NCBI GenBank assembly: GCA_951406725.2 | Contig: OX597814.1 | Location: forward strand, 193,750,001 to 193,814,000 | Reading direction: 5' to 3' | From: Octopus vulgaris | Lineage: Eukaryota | DNA: 64,000 nucleotides | Notes under the pieces: generated by a model | Told to the model about the DNA's origin: nothing | What the model saw: the letters and a program-made list of their open reading frames with translations, nothing else | The model's database searches: none | Translations under genes and position numbers: made by a program | Shown here: in pieces, positions 29,152 through 42,449 of the stretch | Layout: each line of letters begins with the position of its first letter | Position numbering within the stretch: the stretch's first letter is position 1

Positions 29152-29547
29152 TGTGGCTGTGTGGTAAGTAGCTTGATTGTGAACCGCATGGTTTCGGGTT
29201 CAGTCCCACTGCTTGGCACTTTCGTCAAGTGTCTTCTACTAGAGCTTCGGGCCGACCAAAGCCTTGTTAGTGGATTTGGTAGACGGAAACTGAAAGAAGC
29301 CTGTCGTATATATGTATATATATAATTGTATGTGTGTGTGTATGTATTTGTGTGTCTGTGTTTGTCCCCCAACATCGCTTGACAACCGATGCTGGTGTGT
29401 TTACGTCCCCGTAACTTGACGGTTCGGCAAAAGAGACCGATAGAATAAGTACTAGGCTTCCAAAGAATAAGTCCTGGGGTCGATTTGCTCGACTAAAGGC
29501 GGTGCTCCAGCATGGCCACAGTCGAATGACTGAACAAGTAAAAGAGT
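29152..29547 (+). mobile_element. SINE family C
   Basis: Full head, internal microsatellite and tail. Confidence 0.9.
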
Positions 29548-30295
29548 ATGTATACACGCACATGTACATACATACATACATACATACATACATACATACA
29601 TACATACATACATACATCATACATACATACATACATACATACATACATACATACATGCACAGCATGTAATTCATTCTTCATCTTTAAAAACATCTTGCTG
29701 GTGATGGATTTATATAACTTAAACATCTCAATTAAGTTAAGCAGTTGTACACATTAATATACTACTGTTAACACTTCTGTTAAGCAGTTGTACACATTAA
29801 TATACTACTGCAGACGTTTGGCCTAGTTCAGCGCATGCGTTGTGAAGTCTTCCTATATGGCCTTAACATAACTGATGACTCAACATGCCACAACGATATT
29901 AAAACATGTAATTGACCTCTAAGAAATATGACACTAAATTTCGTTTTAAAGACGAACTCTTTGAACTTAGTAGCATACCTAAATTTCAGTAAGTATACTA
30001 ATCCCATCTAATCCAAATTTATTTCTTGATTACATCTTAATCCAAATTTACATCTTGATTAAGCAAATTAAAAATAGTAAAAGGCCCTGATATTTTCCAA
30101 CAGAACTTAAAACCACTATAATACAAACAAGAAGTCGTCTGCACAAGAAATTACTTAGTATGGATATGATACACAATTACATGAAAACAAATGTGTATAC
30201 AATTATAATATAGCAAAACTAATCTAAAACTTCATAGTAACCGAGATGACTTAGCTAAAAGCAAAACGTATTTCACTTTTAAGGACCACAAGTCT

Positions 30296-30527
30296 TACTT
30301 TTTTACTCTTTTATTTGTTTCAATCATTTGACTATGGCCATGCTGGAGCATCGCCTTTAGTCGAGCAAATCGACTCCAGGACTTATTCTTTGTAAGCCTA
30401 GTACTTATTCTATCGGTCCCCTTTGCCGAACTGCTAGGTTACGGGGACGTAAACACACCAGCATCGGTTGTCAAGTGATGTTGGAGGAACAAACACAGAC
30501 ACACATATACACACACACAAACATATA

Positions 30528-30583
<56 letters not shown>

Positions 30584-30900
30584 CATATGTACATTTATAC
30601 ATATAAATATACATAATATACATTCAAAATGTAACCGCGTGTGTACCGTTGGCGATTTTTTTTTTCCTCTGTCTTCCCTTCTCTGGATCTTTCCTTCTCC
30701 TATGTTTCCGACGAAGAGCTCCGCTCGAAATGTTAAACCCACCTTCTTTCCTTCTTTCCTGAGTGTCCAATAATACTATATTTGTTCCACGTCCTCGCGT
30801 TGTTGTGTTTTTTGTGCTTTCTTGTTTGGATTAACTTTATATACATATATACGACGGGCTTCTTTCAGTTTCCGTCTACCAAATCCACTCACAAGGCTTT
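30296..30900 (-). mobile_element. SINE family C split by a hammerhead-bearing insert (~30620-30840, + strand)
   Basis: 3' half at 30296-30510 and upstream part resuming at 30850; insert carries gttt ccgacga agagc-tcc-gctc gaaa tgtt aaac. Confidence 0.8.
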
Positions 30901-31485
30901 CTTGGACTTAATCAACAATCTCTTCTCCTCAATGACATACAAAGCTGTTTAAAAGACAGTAATATGAAAAATAACGTAAAGTGTACTAGCCATCTGAATG
31001 TGGCTAGCCACTGGGGGTGGGTGTTACTGACGCTTTTAGCCCCAGGAGATCGTCGTCTCCAACTGGCTTTAGACACAATTTCTGTGCCCTTTTGATACGA
31101 CTAAAGTAAAAAATTTACTTCAGCAAATTTCGGATTATACATAGATAAGTCAGCTAAAAATAAAGAATACAAAGGGATATACATTGAACACTCATGTTTT
31201 AATTACTAATTTACATAAATTCACCTGCTGTCTCTGAAAAGTACTATCAATAATTCTCGTTTTTCAACCTTCCACCTTTTATACCTACAGAAATTGTGTC
31301 TAAAGCCAGCTGGAGACGACGATCTCCTGGGGTAGCGTCTGTCCACATTAAGAAGATATGTAAATACCTTCAGTGGCACAGCCACATTCAGATGGCTTAA
31401 GTACACTTTACGCTGTCACTTTCTTGGACTTAATCAACAATCTTTTCTCCTCAATGGCATACAGAACTGTTTAAAAGATAGTAAT

Positions 31486-32580
31486 AGGCAAAATCACATA
31501 CACGTCATAAAGGAATCGAAAGCAATTGCTCATGAAGAAACATCAATTCGTGCCTACTAAACATTTCTGGTGAAGTAGACGTTTTCATATTCAAGGTGGG
31601 TGATAACCCCACCTAAGCAAACCAATCTGGTTGGTTGGTTTCTATGGAACAAAGAGACAGGAAAATTTTGGAGGACAAATGCAAACCCAGGGTTTACTTC
31701 TGTCCTCCAATATTTTCCTTATATAGACAAATGACCTACTAAGAGCCACTTCTAACATGGCTATTTTTAAGCAGATGATACGAGCATTCATTTCTCCCTA
31801 ACCATCCTTACCCACGTATAGCTACACATAACTTATACAACACACACCAAATCTACTGATTTCATGAACGGAAACTCGGAAAGCATTCTCCAATGAGGTG
31901 ATGCCAATCTTGTCACTTTCATCAGAGAAAAATATTGGGCACTATGCAAGACAAAAAACCCCTATCACACCGCACCAAACCCAAAAATCAGAATGATATT
32001 TATTTAGGGCCCTATGTACATGCATATAACAATGGATCAAAAAAGTGTAAGTTATGCGTAAGTGAAAGACCCTTTTCAGATCTAAGAACTCTAACACACT
32101 GCTGAATTCTAGAGGTTGTAAGCATATGATTAAATTCTATTGACGAATTGGAAATCGTCACCCTCTCCTGAATGAACAGCCTTACCACAGACTCTACGCC
32201 ACTGTATTTTCAACTTCATATCTTATGGTCAATGAGAAATAATTCTAATTCCCGCCCTTTGCTTCTTTGTGTCTTCTTCTTTTTCCCTCTCTTTTTCGTT
32301 TTCTCGTTTTTCAACCTTCCACCTTTTATATCTACTTCTTTCTCGCCTTTTCTTGCTTTTTCTCTCATCCTATCGCCCCATTCTTAGTTTTTTTTATGTC
32401 ATGTGGGCAGTTCCCGCAGATTGTGCTGAGACACCAGACGTGTTAAAATACTGTCTGGCATACTCTCATCGCATGAAACTAGTAGTAGCACATAAAAAAC
32501 ATATGTTGTATTTATTAAATATTTATCTCTCACTATATGGAATACTTTTTTGATGATCTTACCATCACGGAACAGTACAC
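31486..32580 (+). mobile_element. Decayed Penelope-like element, second family; boundaries approximate
   Basis: AYNNGSKKCKLCVSE and LNSRGCKH motifs typical of the PLE GIY-YIG C-terminus; long-stem hammerhead remnant at 32410-32489; ends at (TA)n. Confidence 0.65.
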
Positions 32581-32599
32581 TATATAATATATATGAGTG

Positions 32600-32691
<92 letters not shown>

Positions 32692-32784
32692 TGTATGTAT
32701 GTATGCATGTATGCATGTATGTATGAATGTATGTCTCTGTATGTGTATGTAGGTATACATACATATATTTATGTGTGTATATAA

Positions 32785-32853
<69 letters not shown>

Positions 32854-33453
32854 AACTTAGGTATGCATCTATACAAGCACTTACGCGCGCACACTCAGCC
32901 AATATTTTCCATCGTGGGAGGGTTATTGTAGCCATTTAAAACTCATCATACAAACTTCTATAATCACATTTTGTTTATTTATTAATAGTAATAGCTACAA
33001 TCAATGTAATCTCTCGGTAGATTAGCTGTTCTCTTTTATGCCAAGAAAGAGGATCGTCCTGGCAGTTATCCCTTTCTTCTTTCTTTCCTTTTTCTTTTAT
33101 TATTTGTTTCATTACCGGGTGCAGTAAAAACATATTAATATGATTAAATTCTCTTTCGTTTAATTTCTTAACGAAAGAGTCGTTAACATTTGCGTGTAGT
33201 TATTTCAGTCTCGTCGGACATCGTCGGGCATAGAGCAGCGAGGGTCTATTACACTAAATTTAGTTGCTATAAATTTTGCAGAAGAAGGAAATATCAATAA
33301 GATGCGTTGCACTTTTAAAGATCACTGACATATTCTACTGCATCTGTTGAAAATCAGCTACTGCTGAAATTTTACTGGCCTTTGAAATATTTTCCCTTAT
33401 TTCGTTTTTGTATTTGGTTCCTGTAACGAGCCTCCCAAAAATCCAACAAATTT

Positions 33454-33879
33454 TGCTGTGTTTTGGGAGGGTCATTACGCCCATAATAATAAACACACGC
33501 TCTGGTCCAATATCACTTCTTTATTGTTAGTAAATCAATTAAATATCTAACTAACGAACGAATCGATCATTTATTTCATGTGTCGGTTAAAGAATCAATC
33601 AGTCTGTTTGTCAAAGTCACTTCGTCGTTATTCGCGAGCTGATCACTGACACCCCCTGCGCAGACCTTGATGAGAGAGTGAGCTTGCCATGAATGAGGTT
33701 ACGTTAGCGACGAAAGGACTGATAAACTACCAATTAATTGTTTAATCAGCACATTGAACAAATGGTCGATTAATTAGTTGATTAGATATTTAACAGATTG
33801 GCTAATAATGAAGAAGTGATATTGAATCAGTGCGTGTATTTATTAGTATTGGCATGATGACCCTCCCAAAGATACAACA
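33454..33879. repeat. Foldback/MITE-like palindrome (~425 bp)
   Basis: tttgggagggtcat / atgaccctcccaaa, caatatcacttctt / aagaagtgatattg, ttaaatatctaa / ttagatatttaa arms. Confidence 0.88.
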
Positions 33880-34373
33880 TATTTTCTTTGTTCTCTTAGT
33901 TTCTCTTGTTTCGTTTTTGTTTTTGCTTTTTTCGATTTTATTAGCTGCATTAATCTTTATGCATATTTTAATTATAAGTAATTCTTTTGCAGTTAGTGTC
34001 CGTCAGAATATAAATTAAATTCACTTATATTCAGACAGACACTAACTGCAAAAGAATATAAGTGAATTTAATTTATATTCTATTGTCATTGCTTTGAACT
34101 TAGGGCGTGTCCGTCTTTTGACTATTACTTCTGCTATTAAGGGTAACCCAACACAATCCCACATCCCAATGAACGCTGGGTTTATTGCACGAAACCAACC
34201 CAACCATGACCAGATACTAGCAATATTAGAGCCACAAATTACATGATATTGGTTCCAACCCTAAAACCACAATTAAAAAGATAACATTTAAGATCAATGA
34301 TATACTTTTTAAATGGGAGAAAGGAGGTTGTGTTTGGATTGCAGTTGTTGGCCATGCTGATGCACCGCTGTTG

Positions 34374-34480
34374 AAAAAATATGGAACGCTTCACGAATCT
34401 GCGTGTTATCCTTGTGCAGGGGCCATGCTAATCTTCTCTGTATCGTTCCAATTTCAGAATATGTACCGCCGGAGCTAGAA
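34374..34480 (-). ncRNA. U6: U6 snRNA full-length copy (variant gene or pseudogene)
   Basis: Reverse complement: ttctagctccggcggtacatattctgaaattggaacgatacagagaagattagcatggcccctgcacaaggataacacgcagattcgtgaagcgttccatatttttt; ACAGAGA box, AGC triad and T6 terminator present. Confidence 0.93.
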
Positions 34481-34846
34481 AAAAATTACAAATAAATTAT
34501 TTGTATTTTATAGATACCGATAAATCACTTCCATATCATATCGATCGTTAACGATTATCATTTTCTTTCTAGTCCCTTCGTTTACTTCCTAGTCAGCCAT
34601 TTTCAGTCCTGCTTGAATATTTCAGAAATTTCATCTCTTCCTTCCTTTTTTTAAAATTACGACGGCGAAAGCAGGATTGACCCCCTGTGTTTTCTTTTGT
34701 TTGTTTGTTTTTGTTTTGTTTTTTTCCTTTGATGCGCCGAGAAGACGGGAAGTCGAAAAGCCCTCCCATCATTTTACTAAGCTTTTTAACCGGATCATCA
34801 TAATCACCGCCGTCGTTGTTGTCCTCGTCGACATCGTCATCCTCAT

Positions 34847-34878
<32 letters not shown>

Positions 34879-34887
34879 TCACTATCT

Positions 34888-35115
34888 ATTACTTTACTAC
34901 CCACAAGGGGCTAAACACGGAGAGGACAAACGAGGACAGGCAAACGGATTAAGTCGATTACATCGACCCTAGTGCGTAACTGGTACTTAATTTATCGACA
35001 CCGAAAGGATGAAAGGCAAAGTCGACCTCGGTGGAATTTGGACTCGGAATGTAACGGCAGACGAAATACGGCTACGCATTTCGCCCGGCGTGCTAACGTT
35101 TCTGCCAGCTCGCCG
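34888..35115 (-). mobile_element. SINE family M
   Basis: Full-length antisense copy. Confidence 0.9.
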
Positions 35116-35118
35116 TCG

Positions 35119-35166
<48 letters not shown>

Positions 35167-36214
35167 ACATCATCATCATCATCATCGTCATCATCACTAT
35201 CATCATCATCGATACAATGTCAAGAGAGCGAGATATGAGGACAGGAAAAATGTCTCAACCAGATTTAGCTTCGTGCAAACGCGGTTTGAGTTTACTACAG
35301 ACAGTGTGTAATTTTATACACTATCTATTTAAAACATGTACCTTAGTTCCTCATGTTGATTTTGCAACACATGCATTTCATATTTCAGCTACATTTCACT
35401 AAACAACAACAACAACAAAAATCCAATTGCATGACAGGAAATCTTCATTGAACTCAACTCGGGTATGTCCCCAATAACTTGGGTATGTCCCGTTTTACCG
35501 ATATTTCCTTCATGTTTATTCAATTTTTCCTTCCTACTGACGCTTCAGTTTCCTTCCCCAAAGATGGTCCAACAGGATGTGGTTTATCACATTAATTGCC
35601 AAATTAAAAGTGTCAGATTTCTAGGGGATGAGGGAAGGAAATGCGGTTGGTGGCGATTATTATATCTTATACAATCGCACAACGTTGCTGATGTGAAATA
35701 GCGACAACAACCGGAAAACGAAACTCGATTAGCGAATTAAGTTCGTTGTATGTCAGTCAGCTTGGTCGCAGTGCAGTTCGTTGTCCATCACATATTCATA
35801 TCAACACATAATAATAATATGGATAAAATTTTATCGTTAGCTGTCCCTTAATGAATATATAAACTTTATATTAAGTATTGAGTACGCTTGTTTTCGTTTG
35901 TAGCCAAAAACCGTGTGTATACACACACACACACACATACACAACTAAAGGTCATAATAAAGGTGAAATGACATGCCAGACATCGAAATTAGTGCAAACA
36001 TCACATTTATGCAAAAGCATAGTATATATATATATATATATATATATACTATGCTATATATATATATATATACACACACACGCACATACTCATACACACA
36101 CACGTGTCTGTGTATGTGTATGTGTGTGAGTGTGTGTGTCTATGCATGTATGCGTGTATCGGAATGTGTGTATTTAAATACACACACGCACACACATGTA
36201 CTCACACACACATA

Positions 36215-36593
36215 CTCTTTTTAACTCTTTTACTTGTTTCAGTAATTTGACTGTGGCCATGGTGGAGCACCGCCTTTAGTCGAGCAAATCGACCCCAGGA
36301 CTTATTCTTTGTAAGCCTAGTACTTATTCTACCGCTTAGATGTAAACACACTAGCATCGGTTGTCAAACGATGTTGGGCGGACAAACACAAACACACAAA
36401 CATATACACATACATACATATATACATACATATACATATATACGACAGGCTTCTTTCTGTTTCCGTCTACCAAATCCTCTCACAAAGCTTTGGTCGGCCT
36501 GAGGCTATAGTAGAAGACACTTGCCCAAGGCGCCACGCAGTGGGACTGAACCCGGAACCATGTGGTTGGTAAGCAAGCTACTTACCACACAGC
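36215..36593 (-). mobile_element. SINE family C
   Basis: Antisense copy with an internal deletion. Confidence 0.88.
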
Positions 36594-36669
36594 CTATATG
36601 TATATATTTACATATATACCACACGCCTATATGTATATATTTACATATATACATATATATGCATGAACG

Positions 36670-36711
<42 letters not shown>

Positions 36712-36782
36712 TACATACATACATACATACATACATACATACATACATACACACATACATAAACACATACACACACACACTC

Positions 36783-37005
36783 TCCTGTGTGACCCCTCTG
36801 TCCGGCATTCGCCATGATAGATCGCTAGCCACTAAAACTTTTTCTATTTTCTCTCCCTGCTTATTTCTATCGAAGACCGTAGGCTCGAAACGTAAAACAC
36901 CTTTTCACTTCCCCAACGTTAAACTAATACATCTGTTTTTTGTTTACACACCCGTCTTCGTCTTTTGTTGTTACTTTGTTTTTTGTTTTTTGTAAATTCT
37001 TACTA
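36783..37005 (+). mobile_element. Family H1 repeat copy
   Basis: tgtgacccctctgtccggcattcgccatgatagatcgctagccact..ctatcgaagaccgtaggctcgaaacgtaaaac. Confidence 0.8.
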
Positions 37006-37054
<49 letters not shown>

Positions 37055-38727
37055 ATGTATGTATGTATGTATGTATGTATGTATGTATGTATGGACACCA
37101 TTAGACTCTCCCGTCGTTAGACGAGGTATAAGGGTTCGGCAATTTCTTGCCGAACAACCACACAGACGATTTGTTTATAGTGACCAAATGCTTGTGTTCA
37201 CGTAAGAGCACTCTCTCCATCATATCGACATTGCCTGTACAGGTACACCATGTGTCATAAGTCAGATAACGAAAAGATCGCAGAGCACCGGAAGTGAGCT
37301 AGCATCTCGCAATTGATGTTTACACCACTGTCCAGTCAATATCTCTCAGGGTCACTTCTAAACAAGCGGTAAAGATCTTCGGAGAGACGGTCTCCTCTTG
37401 TTAAACGCTCTTCCCAACTGGAACTCTGACAGATATCAATAGGAGAGCTATATCTGTTGAGCATACTGAGCTCACTTCTTTGAGCAGTTTTATGTATTGC
37501 ACCTCGACACCTTGCATTTTCAGAGATGTCAGTACTACGTTCGTTTCGTAGCCAACGAAAGCAATATCCAAAGATAACTTGTATTCATTCGCTCGTTCTC
37601 TAACTTGTATTAGAGTGAATATGTCATCCATAGTACTGTAGATCTTACGGAAAATTGCTCGCAACCTCCGCTGCTTGTCTTCGAGCTGTTTCGATAGTCA
37701 GAGATCTGATGACTTTGTAAACAGTTTATACAGGTTAGACAAAAGGCATACGGGTCGATAGTTTCTTAAATCTTCTTTATCGCCCTTCATATAAAGCAAA
37801 ATGTTAGTCGACTCTTTCCACAGTGAGGGTATTTTACCCACCTTCGGATAGCGATTGAAGCGTAGAACGAGGATTTTCCGGAGCACTTTTACGGAGATGT
37901 ACTTGCATAGCAAGTGACCTGATCTGAGATCGTGTGCTGGAACGAAAACAATTGCAGCGTGGAAGGTGTTTATAAGCCCTTTAAGAAACACACAAAATCC
38001 GTTAGATTCACTTCAACATTTGAATTTATTTTGTCAAAATATTTTCGTCGCTTTGAGACCGCGACCTGTTCACTGTTGTTATGCTTTGTGCGCTTCCATC
38101 AATTTGAGAGCATTTTGAATTTCACTGATCAGAACAGTTGCTATTTCCTCCATCATTTGTAGCAGAGGAGAATCGAACTTCACTGATTATTCAAAAAAGC
38201 TGCTATAGAAGGTTTTGCAACCCTTTCCCATCTCCACGTTGTCTGTCAACGTGATCCCGTGCTTGTTCTTAAGCGCCATCACTCCTGCATCATTTTAGAC
38301 CTTCCCTTTCTTCTGCAGCTTACATCAGCTTCTTCAGTCTGGGATTCTCGAAGTCATTTCCTAGATGTTGCCTGATCGCTTTGCAGAGAACGGAATGCTC
38401 GAGTTGATCGTTCATCATCCTCTTCATAGTTTTCCGTTTCTCTAGCATTTTCTTCGTCTCCTCCAAATTTATCCGTCAGACTCCCACTGGCTTGAAGTTC
38501 TCGCCTTCCACAGGCAGCTTTCAATTTTCTGGACCAGTGAATTGTAGTCCTTATCGAGCTCTTCAAGTTGACTTCAAACTTCTCTCTTGACAGCATCCTG
38601 CATCTACGTCACATCGAAGGATTTGATGTGTCGATTCTTCATTGAGATGTGAGGAGCCTGGTAAAAATTTCAATTCCTTGGATGACGTAAAAAGATAACT
38701 TGATGAATTCTTTGCCATGAAGCCACC

Positions 38728-39025
38728 CGTGGAAGTGCATGGCCTAGTGGTAAGAGCAGCGGACTCGCGGTCGAGGGATCGCGAGTTCGAATCTCAGACC
38801 GGGCGATGTGTGTGTTTATGAGCCAAACACCTAAGCTCCACGCGGCTCCAGCAGAAGATAATGGCGAACTTCTGCTGACTCTTTCGCCACAACTTTCTTT
38901 CATTTTTTCCTCCTGCATCTTGCAGCTCACCTGCGATGGACTGGCGTCCCGTCCATGTGGGGAACCTATACGCTAAGGAAACCAGGAAACCGGCCCTTAT
39001 GAGCCAGGCGTGGCTCGAGAAGAAA
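38728..39025 (+). mobile_element. SINE family R (V-domain-like)
   Basis: Homologous to 24194; contains ctgcgatggactggcgtcccgtcca. Confidence 0.88.
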
Positions 39026-39039
39026 CATGAAACCACCTC

Positions 39040-39197
39040 AATTCTGGGAAAAGGGTATTTTCAAGTTAAAGGAAAGATGGAGACGCATTGTGCAACAAAA
39101 TGGTTCATATTTGGTTGACAAAAAATGTAATGGCAAGTATTTATTGACCTTTTTCTTTCCTTTAAAAATCGGCACGAACTTTCCGGACAACCCAATA
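39040..39197 (+). mobile_element. Mariner 3' end
   Basis: FWEKGIFKLKERWRRIVQQNGSYL (mariner C-terminus) then TIR aaatcggcacgaactttccggacaacccaata. Confidence 0.8.
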
Positions 39198-39975
39198 CTT
39201 CTAGATTGCTTCCTGAATAGATTGCTTCTTTACGTAAATTCTTTTTACCCCTGTCCTGTTAACAAAATGTTCATCGCTTTCGTTTCTCTTTCCCGATCCA
39301 AACTTTCCGAGATATTTCTCCCCGTGCTGTCCTTTTAACTTTTACGTGGATATTTCCCATCACTACGATGAGAGAATTGGCGCAACAACGTCTGATACTT
39401 TGGGCGATACAGTGATACAGTAATATTGAGAGAGAGTGTGTGTGTGCGTGTGTGTGTTTGTGTGTGTATGTGTGTGAGAGAGAGAGAGTGTGCGTACGTA
39501 TATATGTGTGTGCGTGTGGCAATTACATGCTGAAAGAGACACTGCAGACATCTAAAAGCATAAATAACCTGTTGCAACAATAGAACGCCCATAAGAGATG
39601 TTATCTCGGGACAAATACCGCAGTAATTGGCCTATCAACAGTGTATACACATTAAGTGTGATACATAGCTGGATATCTTAATTTAATACAGCAACAACTG
39701 CACATACCGGATATGTGTGTATCATAAATTATATATATATATGTATGTATGTGTACATTTGTCTGTACATGTGTGTGTGCATGTATGTATAAATGTATAA
39801 ACAGAACAAAAACATTAAGTAGATTAAGAACTCAATATATATAGTACAATGAAATTTGCACACGCACACATGCACTCACACATGCACACACACACATATG
39901 ATATGTAGGTGTGTGTGTGTATGCGTGCATGTGTGTGTTGTGCATATACGTGTGTGTATAAGCAGTAGGTAGGTA

Positions 39976-40023
<48 letters not shown>

Positions 40024-41091
40024 CGTGTGTGTGTGTGTTGTGTGTGTGTTGTGTGTGTGAGTGTGTGTACATCACTACGATGTATGTGGATTTCAGAGCC
40101 AGTGCTTTCTCTAGCTCTTGGTTGAATTCTTCCATTTCATTGTTTTCGCTAGTACTTGTAGGAGACTAGACTTGGATGATCTTCTGGATGGCATTTCCAG
40201 AGAGACGAACGTTTAGCACTCCTATGCGTGGAGATTTTCAAGGCCCATTCTTTGCTTACGATGAACTCTGCATCATCTGTTGATCTCACACCAGTTTTTC
40301 CCAGTCTCCCGACACTTCTATTATGATTCTATTATGACCGTCTCGCTTTTATTTCTCTCTTTCAACATGTTTCTCAGATCCCTAGCACATTACATTCGGT
40401 CTTCTCTTTCTCTTCCAATACATGGGCCATTCCGGTTCTCCTTGCCAAAGACCTGCAGCTGTAGGTACATGTAGCTAGAATGTGACCCAATTCTTTTTCG
40501 GTTTACGACTGCCTAAGATCCTTAGAAAAGCCTCAGGTCGCTCGGATTTCGTCCGTCGTCATAGAGCGGTCCACTGGCCTGCAGGATACCAAGGCCCATT
40601 TCCTCGCATTGTTGTAGCTATGAAATGAAGCCATCCTGCTGTCTAGACAAACCCGCCATGACTACCCCTTCAGTTTAGCTAGTTTTCAGTCTCTATCGAA
40701 TAGACCAGGACAGTCTTTCTGTAAGATTAGCAAACCAGTATCTTTGTAGCTTGGTTGGACTTGCCACACCACACGTCCAGCTACCATAGCTGATAAACAA
40801 CCATTGTCATTGTGGTACTACTATGAGGTACTGGAGTCGGGTTTTGCATATCCATAAGATATTGGAAAAGGCCACTTTGAAGAACTCCGCGGGGATGAAG
40901 GTTTAGTCTAGTGATTTGGGATAAGATAGAAAAAAAGGCGCAATCAAAAGAGAATTGGGACTGCAATGTGACCAGAGATGCTTAACAACGTCTGATAGTT
41001 TAGGCGATACAGTGATACAGCAGTGTGTATATTTGTGTGTGTGTGTGTATGTGTGTGTGTGTGTGTTTCTCTCTGTGTGTGTGTGTGTGTA

Positions 41092-41128
<37 letters not shown>

Positions 41129-41350
41129 CAATTACATCGTGAAAGAGACATTGCAGACAACTAAAAGCATAAACAGCCTGTTACAACAACAGTACGCCTA
41201 TAAGCGATGTTATCTCAGGATTAATTCCGCAGTAATTGGCCTATCAGCAGTGTATATACATTAAGTATGGTAAGTAGATAGTTATTTTAATTTAATACTG
41301 CAACAATTGCGTATGCCGGATATGCGTATTTGTGTGTGTGAATCATAAAT

Positions 41351-41410
<60 letters not shown>

Positions 41411-41613
41411 ATTATGTGTGTGTGTGTGTGTGTACATGCGTCTGCACATGAGCGTGTGTATTTATGTTTATGTCTGCATGTATGTATGTATGGATGGATG
41501 TATATTCAGAATAAAACATTAAATAATTAACTCAATATACACACACTCACACACAAACACACACGCACACATATATATATACACAGTACAGTGAAATTTG
41601 CACAGACACAGAT

Positions 41614-41661
<48 letters not shown>

Positions 41662-41789
41662 AAACACGCGCACACACATAATAAGTATATAAATGTATAT
41701 GCGTGTGTATGTGTGTGTACAGTATACGGGTGCTTGGGGGGGTGTGTACTTATATATAAACATATATATATATACACACACATATATAC

Positions 41790-41944
<155 letters not shown>

Positions 41945-42449
41945 CATATATATATATATATATATTAAATAATGAAACTATATACTACGGACACCATATG
42001 AATGTGTGTGTGCGTATGTATGTGCGCGTGTGTGTTTATAATTGTGTGTTGTGTCTGCAAGGCAGAACAGTTGCCTCTACTTACTAAGGTATTCCTAATA
42101 CACCAAACATCAGCGCCACCGCTGCCACCACGGCCGCCGCCACCGCCAGAAACCCCACTTCTACCACAACGGCTGCCAACCCTCTACCACAGCTACAAAA
42201 ACACCAGCAACACTCTCCGCCGCTGCTGCTCTTACCACCACCACCACCACCACTACTACTGCTACTACTACCACTACTGCTGCTGTTGCCTGTGCACCCT
42301 TCGGTCGTCCCAACTGCTGCCGCCGCCACCATTGCTGCTGCTGCTGCTGCCGTTGTGCTTACTACTGCTGGGTATTTTTTTTTTGCCCTTGTTGCTCACA
42401 GTATTACACAGCTGAGAAGGAAGGAAGGCGAGCGTTTGATAAAAGAACT

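Larger units (their letters stand above)
37092..40900 (-). mobile_element. Fragmented RTE-clade LINE (APE + RT) interrupted by several insertions; 5' boundary approximate
   Basis: RT: IPSLWKESTNILLYMKGDKEDLRNYRPVCLLSNLYKLFTK and YSTMDDIFTLIQVRERANEYKLSLDIAFVGY; APE: EEFNQELEKAL..IVVMGNIHVKV; (ATAC)n at the 3' end. Confidence 0.85.
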
